Part shown: positions 24,173 to 37,963 of the stretch, piece after piece | Layout: each line of letters begins with the position of its first letter | Numbering within the stretch: the stretch's first letter is position 1 | NCBI GenBank assembly: GCA_002189035.1 | Contig: CM007989.1 | Span: 8,438,018-8,502,017 of the forward strand | Length of the DNA: 64,000 nucleotides | Origin: Utricularia gibba | Lineage: Eukaryota; Plantae; Magnoliophyta | Reading direction: 5' to 3' | Notes under the pieces: model-generated | The model's database searches: none | Told to the model about the DNA's origin: nothing | The model's input: only the letters and a program-made list of their open reading frames with translations | Program-made: the position numbers and the translations under genes

Positions 24173-24697
24173 ATCTTTTTTTCTGTGTCACGATTTTGCA
24201 TGGGGAGGAGGAACCTTAAATAGGCGAGTTTCGGGGACCAATGAAAGAGGAAAATGTATTATTATTGCCAATGACTCATTACGCTTTAAGGTTTGTGGAG
24301 GCCGTGTAATCTAATCATGTCACCATCTTCTCCTATGCTTTTTATCTCTGGCGCGGCAAATAAAGAACTACTCACCGGACAAGTATCCACAAAGGATGAT
24401 GTTGAATCGATCAGAATCAAACCCAAAACAAAAAAAGCAAAGCAAACTTTGTTTGGGAATAAAGGCAACATATTTTTTAGTCGTGTTAATAGCAATTGGG
24501 GCTTGGTACGTTGTAGCAAAAGAAGCATTACCACATAAAGAATTAACACATGTTTGTCCCCAACAATGCACTTTGTCAGGGAAAAAAAATCTATCATTCT
24601 CCAAACAAGGTTAATCTCCTCCTCGCACACGTTTATTCGCCCCTTTACTTAAGCAAGTGTTATCCCCCCTCTAATATCGTTTGTCGTTGCTGTCTGA

Positions 24698-26241
24698 CTA
24701 AACAGCATTAGGACCAGAAGCTGCCTCTGATTTATCCTCATTCTGCTCCTGAGTTGAAGAATTTGTAACCGCGTTCTGGTGTTGTGGTAGTACCTCTTTT
24801 GCCTTTTGGTCCTTGCTCTTACCCCATATCACCATGTAAAGCCCGATGACAATCACCAAAGCTCCAGCCACCCTGCAATTTTCATTTACTGAGCATTTGA
24901 TTTACATGAAACTGAGAAGATGCAAATAACTTACTTTCCGACCGTCATTTGCTCTGCGAAGATGAAGGAGCTTAGGACTGCGACGATCACCATGCTTAGA
25001 GGATTAAACGCCGTAACGAATACAGGTCCTTTCTTGCTCATGATTAAACCGGAAAGATAGTAAGTTATGCCTGAAGAGACAACTCCCTGCACCAAAGTTG
25101 GTATATATTTAATAATCGTATTGTTTTTTCATTCAATGGGGATTAATGATTTTTACCCCGTAGACGTAGGCCAAAAGCCTGGCGTCAAGTCTGAGGATCC
25201 AAATAGAAGTGTTGCTCCTCTCCATGATGAACGCGACAACAGTTCCGATGAGTGATCCCAATGTGCAGATCATTGCTGTCAGCGACATCCCCGCCGGGTA
25301 CGACTTCAATGTGATAGCCTGGAGAATGTAGAAGAGAGCGTAACCGAGGTTTCCTGCGCTGATCATCAAGGCGCCCTTGATGGGATCGGGATGATCATTG
25401 GGATTATTGGAAGCATTGACACCACGGGATGCATGAGTCCATGGGAGTCCAATGATGTTGCCTTGAACCAAGGTCATGATCATCGCCCCACCGAGAGTCA
25501 CCAAAGTCCCGATAATCTTAGCGTAGCTTGGTAGCTTTTTGAAGTTAACCCTCTCGATCCTGTGTTAGAGAGTCGAAAAGATAAATAACACGATGATCAT
25601 GAAAGAAAAAGCACACACACAAATGAGCTGCAGCCTGCAGGCTTTGGTTACCCGAGAACCCAAGCCAGGACAAAGGTCAAGGCAGGGAGAAGATTGCAGA
25701 GGGCTGAGGTCACGGTCGCGGTCGTGTACCGCATTCCAGCATAGAACAAGTTTTGGCCTATCACCGGGCTGTTCCATACAAAGACAAGGATGACACATTA
25801 CAAACTACTTAGCCAAAAACTTTTAGGGACTAGGGTCTCATTCTCCTTTGTAAATACATACACTAGGCTGAATGAGGACATCATTCTGTATCACTTACTC
25901 AAACAGGGCGAGGAGGACTATCTTGAGGAAGACACTGAGTGTCATTTTTGGCCTGGTTTTCCTGCAAATGAAAATCATTTTGAATGATAACTCATGCTTG
26001 GTGTCGAACATGGAAACCAGATTCGAAAGCATAGACAGATAGATCCAAACCTCTCCAAGACAAGTGCAAAGGGGATAAAGAGAGCGGCGGCAATGCCATT
26101 TCGATAGACGGAAAACACATAATGGCTGCTACCCTGGTTCAAGGCTGCCTTAGCGACGATGGCGAAGCCGGCACTACCAAACTGGAGGAATATAACGACA
26201 ATGAACGGCTTCAAATCGCGCAGGATCTTGGAGGAATTCAT
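24698..26241 (-). CDS. WAT1-related/UMAMIT transporter, copy B, 6 exons, intact
   Basis: MNSSKILRDLKPFIVVIFLQFGSAG; KTRPKMT; PVIGQNLFYAGMRYT; DPIKGALMI; KKGPVFVTAFNPL; GLYMVIWGKSKD...NAV*. Confidence 0.92.
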
Positions 26242-27043
26242 GATATCACAAAAGGGAGCGAGAAGCGTGTTGGAATGAAGCTGCATGAAGAGGGGATTTT
26301 ATAGCGTAGAGATGTGAGTCTTGGTAAAACTTGGCGAGTTTGAAACAAATATACCATTCAATTCAACTATCTTGAGTGTTCAACTATTATCTCTGATAAT
26401 ATTCCTCTCGCCAACCACACAGTCGAAAAGATATTTGTATCTACAACTGCTGCTGTGACTGCTCCAATTCCATGCAACGTACCAAGGTATCGTGGCCTGC
26501 GTTTTATTCATCATTTTCAGTGTCGGATATCTTCAGATGGTGCTCATAATCCCCATGCACCGCAGTCCGTACGTGCGCAGTGGTGGCCAACACAACACTG
26601 CTTTATTTGGATATTTGAGTCAAACCCCAGGAAACAGAATGTGTTCGTTCCATTAAGTTACAAAATTGTCCTTTTTACCAACAAAAGGGAACAGGGTCAA
26701 TACAGGAAACATATATACTTTCCTGTGGAGATGGTCAGATCAGACTTCCAACAACCCCAAGTAATCAAAAAACAACCAAACAAACACGTGCTTATGTGAT
26801 TGCACTTCGGACCAATTTGCTCCAAATAATTTTCCAATTTTAATTTTCGAAAATATATATTACGACAAACTGGTCTCTTTATCTTCTAAAACCTTTGGGT
26901 TTGCGTTGTTGGAATTCCAGCGCCATAAGCAAAGGCGCATGCTTAATCTGACTTCCACTTATTCCAGGAAAAGTGGCTTTTGGAGACCCCATCGATTTCC
27001 TGCACGGTGAACCTGGGCCACAGCGCGCCCACTTTCATTCGAG

Positions 27044-27046
<3 letters not shown>

Positions 27047-27081
<35 letters not shown>
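27047..27081. repeat. (GA)n microsatellite
   Basis: Direct reading. Confidence 0.9.
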
Positions 27082-27085
<4 letters not shown>

Positions 27086-30000
27086 ACCGGAATTCATGAG
27101 GTTTGTCGAAATTCATGGGACTATCGAATTAAGGCTGGGTGGATGAGGAGCTGGGCTCTGTTCTGCCTACCTGAAGAAGATTTCACGGCATCGCTGACAG
27201 GGTGAAGTTAGTGGAGTAAGAGGGTGGAATATAATATATCTCAGAATCACTGTCCCTGATGACGTCCGCATCTTTGGGGACACGCCGTCGTTAGTGCTTT
27301 AAAAAAAATGACAATAATAACGCACTAAATCAATCATTTTTCAGTCCCATGTGCCCTCGGCTTTTTTACAGAGGGTCCAGCAGCATTATTTGAGCACCCA
27401 TTTCGTCTTATAGGTGCTGTCCAAGTAACAAATTGCCTGCTGTCAAAATGGATGCATAACCTGACCAGACCCCATGGACTAAACAGAAAGCAAGGGTGAC
27501 TCTTCCAACCTCCACGTGCTCCTCCAGCATCATCGGTATCTCTAATAATACCATCGCATGCGCCACGGTCGCTTTGTCTTTCACTCCATGATATGATCAT
27601 CCTCATCACTGGCATATCATTCTTTCTTTTTGGGCAAAGGACTACAGCCTCTATGAATGGGCGTGGGGCATACACTCAATCATTCCTCCAATACATGCAA
27701 TAAAAAAGGTATCTGGGTTCCAAAGGTGATTGCTCTATCACTCCATATTCATACATACATACATACATACGTGCGTTCGATTCAGATACGGACTTTTGTC
27801 ACTCCTAACACTAATTATTTCAGCAACTAAACGCCACAAAGATTGGTGTTGCCTCGAGGAGGGATGGACATTTGTAGCCACATAATGCGGCGATCCCTCC
27901 CTCCCCTTCCCTCAGCTGATAGATATCTTTTTATCTACACGAAGATGGTTGGCTTTCAAAGGCAAAGGCACCCACCCTCCACATACAAATTTATTGTCAA
28001 TCCATTCCATAGTGATTCGGAGTCAGGAGCTCCTCGGCATGTCATGGAATCAAGTAAGCAAAAGCACCAATTCCCGTAGGCTGCTTTTGTGGGCGGACTG
28101 CCACTGCCACCAACCAACATTTGATGGATGGTCGTATGAGTTGCTTTTATTGACTAGAAAATTGGGGATGGATATTTGAATTTTGAGCTTTCGTCCACCT
28201 TTGAATCATCCAGTCAACTGCAATGACTTTCCCTTTGAGGCTGCCAAGTGTTAGCTAAAAAAAACTTGTTGTATTTTATTTTATTTTATTTGTATCTGAT
28301 AGTATGCAAACATATCATAAATCATCTTTTTTTTTTAAGTGTAATAGATTATCATAAGATGTATTGAACGTTTAAAAGAGCAGATTACTATATTGTGGTC
28401 AATACAAGTACTAAACATCAGATTATAAATAAAGAAGACTTGCTAGTAAAATAAATATCAATCTTTGGTTATCGATTATGAAGAAATAGACTATCAATGT
28501 TTATGAATAAAGATGATATTTGTGTGGAGTCTATGTTAGAAACGTCAGATTATCTTTTTATTTTATTTTATTGTAAATACGTTAGAAGATAGTGAACAAA
28601 ATTATACTTTTGACGTGGAAGTGTTTAAGTCAATGGAATCAAATGTGTTAATGACAAGTCTTCCACATAATACCAACATGTTGTTAGCGGAGCAAATTTG
28701 GAGAACTGTGATTTTAATGTACAGGTATATTTGGTATATCAGACACGAAATTTTTTGGGGATGGACATTCTTACCGAGCTTTTACGGTTCTAGTTGATAA
28801 AGTTCAACTGCAACTATTTTCATTAGATATATAATAAATGAAGAAGAAGATTGCATGTGTATTCAAATAAATGATTATTCGGATCATCTTCGACAATTTG
28901 ATGAAATACTCATCATCGATCATCTTGACAATTTCTATTTTTACCGCATTTTAACACACCGCTTTTATTTGTACGTATTATATAGATATTATTGAAAATT
29001 TGAATCTTACTATTAAAAACCTGGCATTTTTAAATATTATGTATCATACTTGCCAAAGACACATGAGAGTGAATATGTGTGGAGAAGGTGCTTCTCATCG
29101 TTCCATTCTTTTTATTATCAGGAATGCTTCTATTCTTGCACCGCAAAAGGGGCAGCATATTCTTCGGTTCAAATGAAAAACCACAATTTTAATTAATGCG
29201 CCCCCATTCCATTCCCAAAGGAAATAAATTCCCTTACAACTCTTCTTCTTCTCCTTTTGTTAACCCCTTTTTTTAATTTTCTATATTGGGTCAGGGTGTG
29301 ATTCTCATTCTACTAGACTAGATTACTACAGTGGGCCTGTCCAAAAATAATAATACCAAAGCCTGAAGCCCATTTAGTCAGCGGCCTGAATTTGGAGGGT
29401 GCCGATTGCCATATCATCGATCCATCCCATGCCTACGCCGCCGCGCCAGCATCTCCTTCGCCTTCCTGATGCAAAACAAAAAAAACAACGCCGGATTCAC
29501 GCCTCTCTTCCTTCAATTTTTACAAGCAGGTTTTCTTGGGCGGTATTTCCGGATAACGTGTACCATGAAGAAATTAATAATATTGTCGTGTTTGTGAAAA
29601 AATCATAGTAATAAAAGGTGTCCAGACACGGATACTTTCTCTGTCACTGATGGTAACATGTTACTCTGGAAGCATGAGTTGAAACCAACTGTACTCCAAT
29701 GGCTGGCTGGCTTTCAAGTCTTCCCGTCAGATCCTTACACACCAGCTCCCTGGCCTGGAACAACAGCTTCCTACAATCTCATTTCAAACCCCTTCAATTA
29801 TTCGCTTCCAATTTAAACAACAGAAAGTGGAATCCTTTCCTTTGCTTTTCTTGTAACTTAACAGCTCAACTTTTACCATTCCTTCTCGCTTTTGTCGTTA
29901 TCCTTCCCCAACTCTCTCTTTTTCTACCCATTCCAAATCTAGGGTTTCTCTTCTGTCGCAACTTCTGGATGCGTTTGATATCAGCCGGAGATCTTAATTT

Positions 30001-30489
30001 TGAGCTGGGTACATATGCACCCCACATTTTTCATTTTGAGCTGCGTTGTCAATCCATTTCCTTCAAACAGTCCTTTTTGAGCAACATTCTCAGATAAGTT
30101 TGAGGAATTCGTGCTGTATTCTTCACTCCCTCCATTGTTTGTGGAGAACCCATTATAAACGTCTGTTAAAGATTTCGATTTTCCCTGTTTTAGTGTTCTG
30201 GGTTGTGCCTTTTCTCTTTTATTTGGTCGCCTAAGCATCCTAGTCTTATGAATTCTCAGTTAGTTCAGTTTCAGACGTTTTCATCCGTTCATATTGGAGA
30301 AAGCGTCATTAAACTTCTGCCAAAGATTTCAACCTTTTCAAGTTCAGTGTCCTGCTCGTGTTCTTTGCGCTCCTGTTGGTATTGCTCCTCCTGGACTTCT
30401 ATTTGATTCAGTTTCAGGGTGCGTTAGATCCATTTCAAGTTTGAATTACGTTGATTTATTTCAAAGTTAGAATTTTACCTTGTAAATGA

Positions 30490-32252
30490 ATGGACGGGAG
30501 AGAAGGAATGGCATTAGCAGGCTCCGCTGCTTATTATCTTGGTAGAGGTGTTGGTGCCAGCGGCTCAGGCCCAGTACCGGTTCACGGAAGTGGTGGTGGT
30601 GGGTCGCCCTCTGCTCAGAATAGTAGAGTTCATCATCCAACGCCTAGTTACAAGAACAGCACAAATCCCATCATTCCATTTCAAACTAATGTTGGCCTTA
30701 GTGGAGGTGTTGCAACCAGCTCACCCTTTCATCTAGAGAATCCGCAACCTAGTTTTCCTCATAGCATGAATGCCGCTCCACTTTCAGTCGGATCACAAAG
30801 CAGTCAACCTCTGAAGAAGAAAAGGGGTAGGCCTAGGAAATATGGTCCTGGTGGGGCTAATATGGCTTTAGGTTTGTCTCCATTGTCTGCTCCAAAGTTT
30901 TGTTCCTCTGAGGTTATCAGCTCTGGGGAGAAAGGACGCCGAGGGCGGCCTCCAGGGACAGGGTGGAAGCAGAAACTTGCTCCTCTAGGTATGTTCTTGC
31001 TGTTTCTGACTGTATGGTGTTCGTTTTTTGCTGTTCAATCTCTAATTAACTGTAAGCATGCGTTTTATCTTTTGAGGTTATAATTGAGAAATAAATTAGT
31101 AGCTTGCTTGGGTTTGTGAATCTTAAATAGGATGAAATAGAAATAGTTGGTAGTTTTGAAATTTCTAGTCGTTATTCCTTTCACCTTGTCATCAGAGTGA
31201 ACGGGTTCTAAAAGGAGCAATTTTCTCGGCCAAGCTGTTGTGATGGCCATTGTATTCAGTCAACATCTTTGTTGTAGATTTATTTTCTGTCCTTTTTTTC
31301 AACTTCTTCAAAGGAAATTGTGGCTAGGTTGTAGATTATTACTGCTGTTTTTCATTCCATTGTGACCATTTCGAACATTTAACCCCATATGGCCCTGTCT
31401 TGCTAGGTGAATGGATGAACCGATCGGCTGGACTAGCCTTTACGCCACATGTCTTGCGTGTTGGAGTTGGAGAGGTATGGTGCAGATGTGTTGGCCTTGT
31501 CTGTGATAAAATGGATGAACTTGAGGAATTTTTGCCACAATTGATTTCAGGATATTTCTGGAAAGATCCTTGCATTTGCACAACAGAGGCCAAGGGCTTT
31601 ATGCATCATGTCTGCAAATGGATCAGTCTCTACTGTGACCTTGCGCCAACCAGCAAATGCTGGTGAAACCATAACATACGAGGTAAAAATTACTGGCAGG
31701 GGGATCTCATCACTTTCTCATTTATGGCTGAGATGGCGTTAACTATTGTAGGGTCGTTTCGAGATACTGTGTTTATCGGGCTCATACTTGGTTACTGAAA
31801 CTGGTGGTCCTGGTGACCGAACTGGTGGTATAAGTATTTCAGTTTGTAGTCCTGATGGTCATGTCATCGGAGGTGCAATCGGTGGTAAACTCATCGCTGC
31901 GGATCCAGTTCAGGTACAGATTCTTAAATCCATTGTAGGCAGCTCGGAGTTCACCATATCGCATCATAAAGACATGCCATGCTTATCATCTGTAGTTTCA
32001 CTGCATCTGCCATTGGTTGTGCAGGTGGTTGGTTGCAGTTTTGTATACGGCAATGCAAAAGTTAAGAGTAAAGGTGATTCAGCAACAGGAAAGGAAAAAC
32101 TTGTTGAACGCCCCTCCGAGAAATCTCCTGCTCCGGTTAATACCACCCCAACTCTGAGTTTCACTCCTGCATCCGGACCAAGTGTCTGGCCGCTTGTCTC
32201 CCGTTCCGAAGTTGGGAATTCGCAGAAAGACATCGACCTCACGCGTGGATGA
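30490..32252 (+). CDS. AHL: AT-hook motif nuclear-localized protein (clade B AHL, two AT-hooks + PPC/DUF296), 5 exons
   Basis: KKKRGRPRKYG and RRGRPPG hooks; FTPHV; GRFEILCLSGS; ISVCSPDGHVIGGAIGGKLIAADPVQV; end DIDLTRG*. Confidence 0.92.
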
Positions 32253-33038
32253 TGTCAGTCAGGTTCTTTTTTGTATATACATGTTGCAGATGAAACAGCG
32301 CAAGGACGTCAGCTTGCTGTAGGTTCTGGAAGTAGTGGAACTCTTGATATAGTGTTTGTTGTATGATTATTAAGCTGTTAAAAGCAGTATCCATATGTAT
32401 TGTAGGGAGATTTGTACTGATTTCGTTATTGGTTTCCTGATTCAAACTCTGAAAACCAACTCGTATAGCAGAACAACAGAGAGCTTGGGAATCCGTTGAG
32501 TTGGAATGCGGATCACCTGCCCACCTAAAACTGGTTCTTCAGAGTTGCTCGTGGTGCGCAATCCAGAGGTTTCTTTGAGGTGAAGGAAAAGTGTCTACAG
32601 TTCTGCTACTCCGTTCAACTTATTGGGTGCTGTGTGATTCTTGAGCAAAAGCGGAGGGTCGAGGCGTACGTGTGTTGGAGTGCTAGGACTGAAACCGCAG
32701 CACAAGAGAAGTTGGCCCAGCACAAGAAAAAATGGACGTGTAAGACACAACATGGCCGTTTCTCCAGGGTGTCCGACCACATATCCCGTTTCCGCTGGTT
32801 TGGAGCCGGAGGTGGATGTTCCATGACTGGACACTGATGATGATTTTTTGACATAAGGCACACGCTACGTCAACACAACGCAAGCTTCATCGCAATTGCT
32901 CTCATCCCGGCTCAAATTTACTCCACAGGGAGGGCTACCGGATGGATACCACTACCGCGATGCCCCTCCCCTCATTCTTAATATTATTTTGTTTCCCCAC
33001 CAAAAAATAAAGAATTCAACTATTGCCATTTCCGCGAG

Positions 33039-33046
33039 TATATAAA
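33039..33046 (+). promoter_or_regulatory. TATA box upstream of the DREB gene
   Basis: TATATAAA ~130 bp upstream of the ATG at 33177. Confidence 0.5.
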
Positions 33047-33176
33047 GGGACGGGGTGGGGGTGTCTGGCTTCATTTATTTGGGAAGCCTGAGCCAGGAGA
33101 ATCGGAACCTTTGACATGTGGAAAAGAGCATCTAAACCACTTTCATAAATCTGTCTCCAGTCTGCATTATTGGAAG

Positions 33177-33848
33177 ATGGAGCCGCAGCTCCAGCCTTTC
33201 GCCGGCGGGGACCAGAGGCCAAGGAAGAGGCCCACCGACTGTGGAACTAAGCATCCGGACTACAGAGGCGTGAGGATGCGGAGCTGGGGGAAATGGGTGT
33301 CAGAAATCCGGCAGCCGCGGAAGAAAACGCGCATTTGGCTCGGAACCTATCCTACTGCGGAGATGGCGGCCCGCGCCCACGACGTGGCTGCCATCAGCAT
33401 CAAGGGATCCTCCGCGGTTCTCAATTTCCCTCATTTAAAGGACTCTCTTCCACGACCCGCCTCCCTGTCGCCTAGAGACGTGCAAGAGGCCGCAGCCAAG
33501 GCGGCGGCCATGCCCGTGGAGGACTTCACCATCACTCCTCCACTGCCACTCGCCGCCCACACCTCTCCTACTTCGGTTTCGAGTTCACGGGAGGCTAATG
33601 ATGAGGATGATGATCTTGGGGAGTTAATTGAGCTGCCGAGTTTGAAGGAGATCGACGAGTGCCGGAGCGAATTCACTCAGGAGATTGGCTCGGCGGAGGG
33701 ATGGATGCAGCCGCCGTGGTGGGCGACGGCGGTAGAGAAAGACTTGTGCGAGTACTTTACCGAACAGGTGGGCGGCGGCGGTGAGAGTCTGATTAGCATC
33801 ACATGCAGTTGCAGCTTCGAGACGACGGAATCATGGTGGATGAGATGA
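33177..33848 (+). CDS. AP2/ERF transcription factor, DREB A-4 (TINY-like), intronless
   Basis: [47 protein letters not shown]...LNFP...[18 protein letters not shown]; [10 protein letters not shown]. Confidence 0.93.
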   Translation: MEPQLQPFAGGDQRPRKRPTDCGTKHPDYRGVRMRSWGKWVSEIRQPRKKTRIWLGTYPTAEMAARAHDVAAISIKGSSAVLNFPHLKDSLPRPASLSPRDVQEAAAKAAAMPVEDFTITPPLPLAAHTSPTSVSSSREANDEDDDLGELIELPSLKEIDECRSEFTQEIGSAEGWMQPPWWATAVEKDLCEYFTEQVGGGGESLISITCSCSFETTESWWMR

Positions 33849-35796
33849 GATGAGATTAGCGACTCCAAACGTGTGTACCTCCTCCTGTACTTTCTGTACT
33901 CTTTCCAATTTTTCCTTTCCATTCAGTATAACTCGGCCCTTGCTGTGCCCTCATAAATAAAACCCGCAGTGTCTGTAAACACATGAAATACAACGACAGT
34001 AGCGTTTTGCGGTTGTGGGTGGCATTGCCCTTGCTCCCTGTTTTGAAAGGCTTAAACAGAAATCTACTTCGTAAGCTGTGAGGTTGGTTATTCCGTTTGT
34101 TTGCTTTCAGTAGGCTGCTGGTGCGCAGTTATCATCGTAGAGACCAGATTGTTTGATTTATTGCGTGTCTGGGTGCGTGCGCGCCGGCGCATCTGAATGT
34201 CATGAACCAATCACACAGCCTTTGGTCAACGAGTCCGTTTGCTTCAGGGTGCAGTTTCCCATTCGATCCCAGAACTCAGAATGGTGCGTTCCAATCCATG
34301 CATCCTTGACGCCTGGGACTCGTCTCAAAGAAGTAGTCCATTTTGTTGATGATTTTACAATCTGCTTTCAAAAAGGAAAAAAGAGGCCCAATCTCACGAT
34401 GTCAGACATTTGGTTGAAAAGGAAGGGAGTGACGCAGATGGAAAGTGTGTGGTGATGGGTTTCCCTTTTCAAAGAATACGGTCGCCCCCGGTCGGCCATG
34501 GGAGCCTTTGTTAACTGAGAAATCCCACCAACTTCAATGAGTATGGGGGTATGAAGATGCCACCTTCATTAATTTCGACAGAGACGAGTGCTTCAGCGCT
34601 TTCATCCCTTGGCAAGGAAAGGAGAGGAGAGGAGAGGAGAGGAGGATGGCCGCAACTCCTCGACTTTTTAACATGGAGGGGTTCTTCGCCATTTGTGACT
34701 GACTGACTCACTAGCTGCTGCTGCTGCTGCTGATTTACAACCCCAGTGAGAGTGAATGGGTTTCTGGATGTTGACGTCCATGTCAATGCTGATTGGATAG
34801 ACATCGAATGAACAGTGATCCATGGAGTCAGATCTGGCTGTCGGCAAACATCATATCGTTGAATTTGATACGTAACGGTTCATTACTTTCCGCGACCTTT
34901 CTACCGACACATCCACAGCTTGGCATTTTGCCGACTCTTGGTTGGGTTGGTGTTGGTCATGGAGGGCGTGTTCTTCACCAGGCCGACACTCGGCTGGGCC
35001 GGACTGGGCCTTCCATGAAGCCACCACATACATATATGATCCGAAAAATGAGGGCTTACTGGTTCGCCGTCCGCATGAAACCCCTCCGGACAACATGTGT
35101 ATAACGATGAATCATATTTCGGATGGTAGAAGATGATGTGATTTTACAACAGACACAACGATACGATATGTCGTGTGTTGGCAACAACAACCGAATCCCC
35201 GCAACTTTGGTTGGTGGATGCGCGAACCTGATACATGGCATGATCACTACAACTTTTGAACAGTCGCAGGGGGCAGAATGTCCTGCTGCTATCACCATAT
35301 AGAGGGGAGGGATTGGAGCCATCAAGTTGCGGGTTCCGATATCGCCACTGCCATCCACGGAGCCTGCATTGTCCAGATCCAATCTCACACCAAAGAGCCA
35401 AACGCCGTCTCCACGGATGCTTTCCTCGGTGCCCACAGTCAAGGGCTTATCAACGAGGGTTTACAAAATGCACAGATATATATGAGTGTGTATGTATATA
35501 TATACATGTGTGTGGGATATCGATTGAGGTTGCTGAGTGGAAGGACTTTCAAGCTTGCCCGGTTCAATATTTAGGATTATTTAATGCACAGATAGATACA
35601 CTGTGCATGCATATAAATCACAGCAATCTCTGTACACGCGAGGCTGCTCTGAGCTGATGGATTTGTGTGATTTGGGGGACATGCCGCTACTATCATTCTC
35701 AGTTTGGGAGCGGGCAGATGCTACAAAAACCTTTCTAATGTACCAAATAATCAAAGGGTTTCATCTTTTGTGTCAGTGTTCCATGAATGAATGAGC

Positions 35797-37963
35797 TCAT
35801 CTGAGAGGGCTGACAACCCACCCTGTGATGGGATTCTTCCGCCGGATTTTATGTGATCCTCCCGCGTTCTGTAGCCTCGCTACTATGGAGTAGGTGATGG
35901 TATCCGGAGACAGACCCTGTCCCCTCAGCTTTGCATACATATCCACAGCTTCTGCTGTTCTTCCACTCCTCTCAAGGCAATCCATCAAAATGTTGTATGT
36001 AACAATGTTGGGCCAACATCCTTCACTAACCATTTGATTCAACAGCTCGCAGGCCATCTCAACTTTATCACTTTTACCAAAGCATTCAATCAACGTGCTG
36101 TAGGTCACCACATCCGGACTCATCCCTTTCTCCTGCATTTCTTTGAACCTCATGTGCGCTTCACCAAGCTCTCCGTTTTTCCCCAGGCAGTTGATCAGGG
36201 AGTTGTACGATACCACGTCTGGCTTGCACTCACTGCTCTCCAGCTCTTCGAAAATTCTAACCGCCTCTTCCACTCTTCCAGCACGCCCCATACTGGAAAT
36301 CAGAATGTTGTATGTGAAAATGTCTGGTGGAGGACCCTCTCGTTTCATCCTCTCGTATAGATCCAGAAGGTGCGGTACCTGCTTCAATCTGCCCAGACAT
36401 GATAAAACAGTATTGTACATCAACGTATCCGTAAAAACACCCCTTTCATGAACCTTGCTGAGCATCTCCATGGCCTCAATAAATTTCCCTGCGCCGCACA
36501 GGCTCTCAACCATGGAGAGGTAGGCATCCCTGTCTCCCTGGTCGTGGAAACGCCACATATTACAAAACAGCCTGTGTGATTCATTAGAATGGCCTAGTCT
36601 GCTTAGCGTTCTCACAAGGAACGCATAGATTGACTTGTTCATGTACTCTCTTGATAACTCCACGACCTCATCGATCCGACCAAGCTGCCCCTCTGAAGCT
36701 AGCACATTGAGAATTAGACTGTATGTGAACTCATTAGGCCTGCAATTGTTCTCCACCATCTTGGAGAAAACAACCATGCTTTTGTTTGCCAATCGACTCC
36801 TAACGAGAGCCTCAATCATTGTATTATATACCATAGTATTGAGCTTGCAACCCTTTGAGAGCATCTCTTCAAACAAAGTCAATGCATCATTTGGTTTGCC
36901 CAATCTTCCATACATTCTTATCAAAATTGTGTACGTATATTCATCAAGGTTACAATGCTTCCTCTTCATGTGTTCAACAATCAGGAAAACCTGATCAACC
37001 TGACAAGATGCTGCAGCATATCAGGCAATTAGATTCTTCAGGAAATCACAGCTTCAACTAAATTCTTTGAACACTCTCAAGGGGAAAACATATCAGTTCA
37101 CGGTTTCCAGCAGAGCAACATATAACATCGATTGTGAGAAACACGCTTCTTAACAATCAAACACACCGAAAAACTAACATTGGAAACACATAAAGCTTTT
37201 ATATGCCGGCAAAAAATCTAACCTTTTCATATTTTGCAAGCGCATGAAGAAGCATGTTGTACCCCAGGATATCAAGTTGGTAACTTTTCCTCCACATCTC
37301 GTTGTAAACTTTCCATGCTTCATCTGGATCCCCCGCCCTCAAATATGCTTGCACGAGACACTTATAGGTGTAGCACGTCAAGGTCAAATCCCATCTCTTT
37401 ACCAAATCCATGCACCTCTTCAATCCATCGACACCATCAAAAGCACCGATAAGTATGTTGACAGTAGATATTTTACCTGCAGCTCCCGATTTCTCCATCA
37501 AATTGAGAACTTCATTGATCTTATCAATCTTGTCCTGGAGGCTTGAATTAGACAGAATCACAAAAATGCGGTTGTAAGTGAATGCATCGTGCCGGAATCG
37601 GGGTAAATGTGACGAGCAGTAATGGAAAAATTGAAGAGCTATTTCTGGGGATTTGAGGGCTTTGAGAATTTCGGATACTTCCGATGGAGTTGGGGTCACA
37701 TTGAGCGTTTGAAGGTACTCGGAGAGATCAAGGAAGGGGTCAGGAGATGAACTCAGCAATATTTTCGCTGCCTTGCAGATGAGGTCCCGACGAGGTAAAG
37801 GGTAGCCGCGAACGTCGGAGATAATCGGCGGAGAGGAGACGCATATTTCCAAGGCGGAGAAGTTTCCCTTCTTGGACGTCGTTACGACCTTTCCAGTATA
37901 CTTGGTGGCATAGCCTCGGCTCAGGTAGACGGTGAGACGGCGGTGGCGGAGGCAGCGGCGCAT
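35797..37963 (-). CDS. ABO5: P-class pentatricopeptide repeat protein, At1g51965/ABO5-like (mitochondrial); exons 37223-37963 and 35797-36999
   Basis: YATKYTGKV...DVRGYPLPRRDLICKA at the N-terminus, tandem PPR motifs and the C-terminal RRKNPITGWVVSPL characteristic of At1g51965. Confidence 0.88.

Noticed and set aside
27254-27295. CTGATGA-C-GTCC...GGAC resembling a retrozyme hammerhead core
   Set aside because: There is an extra base before stem II, the required GAAA is replaced by ACGC, and no flanking stems or repeats are present.
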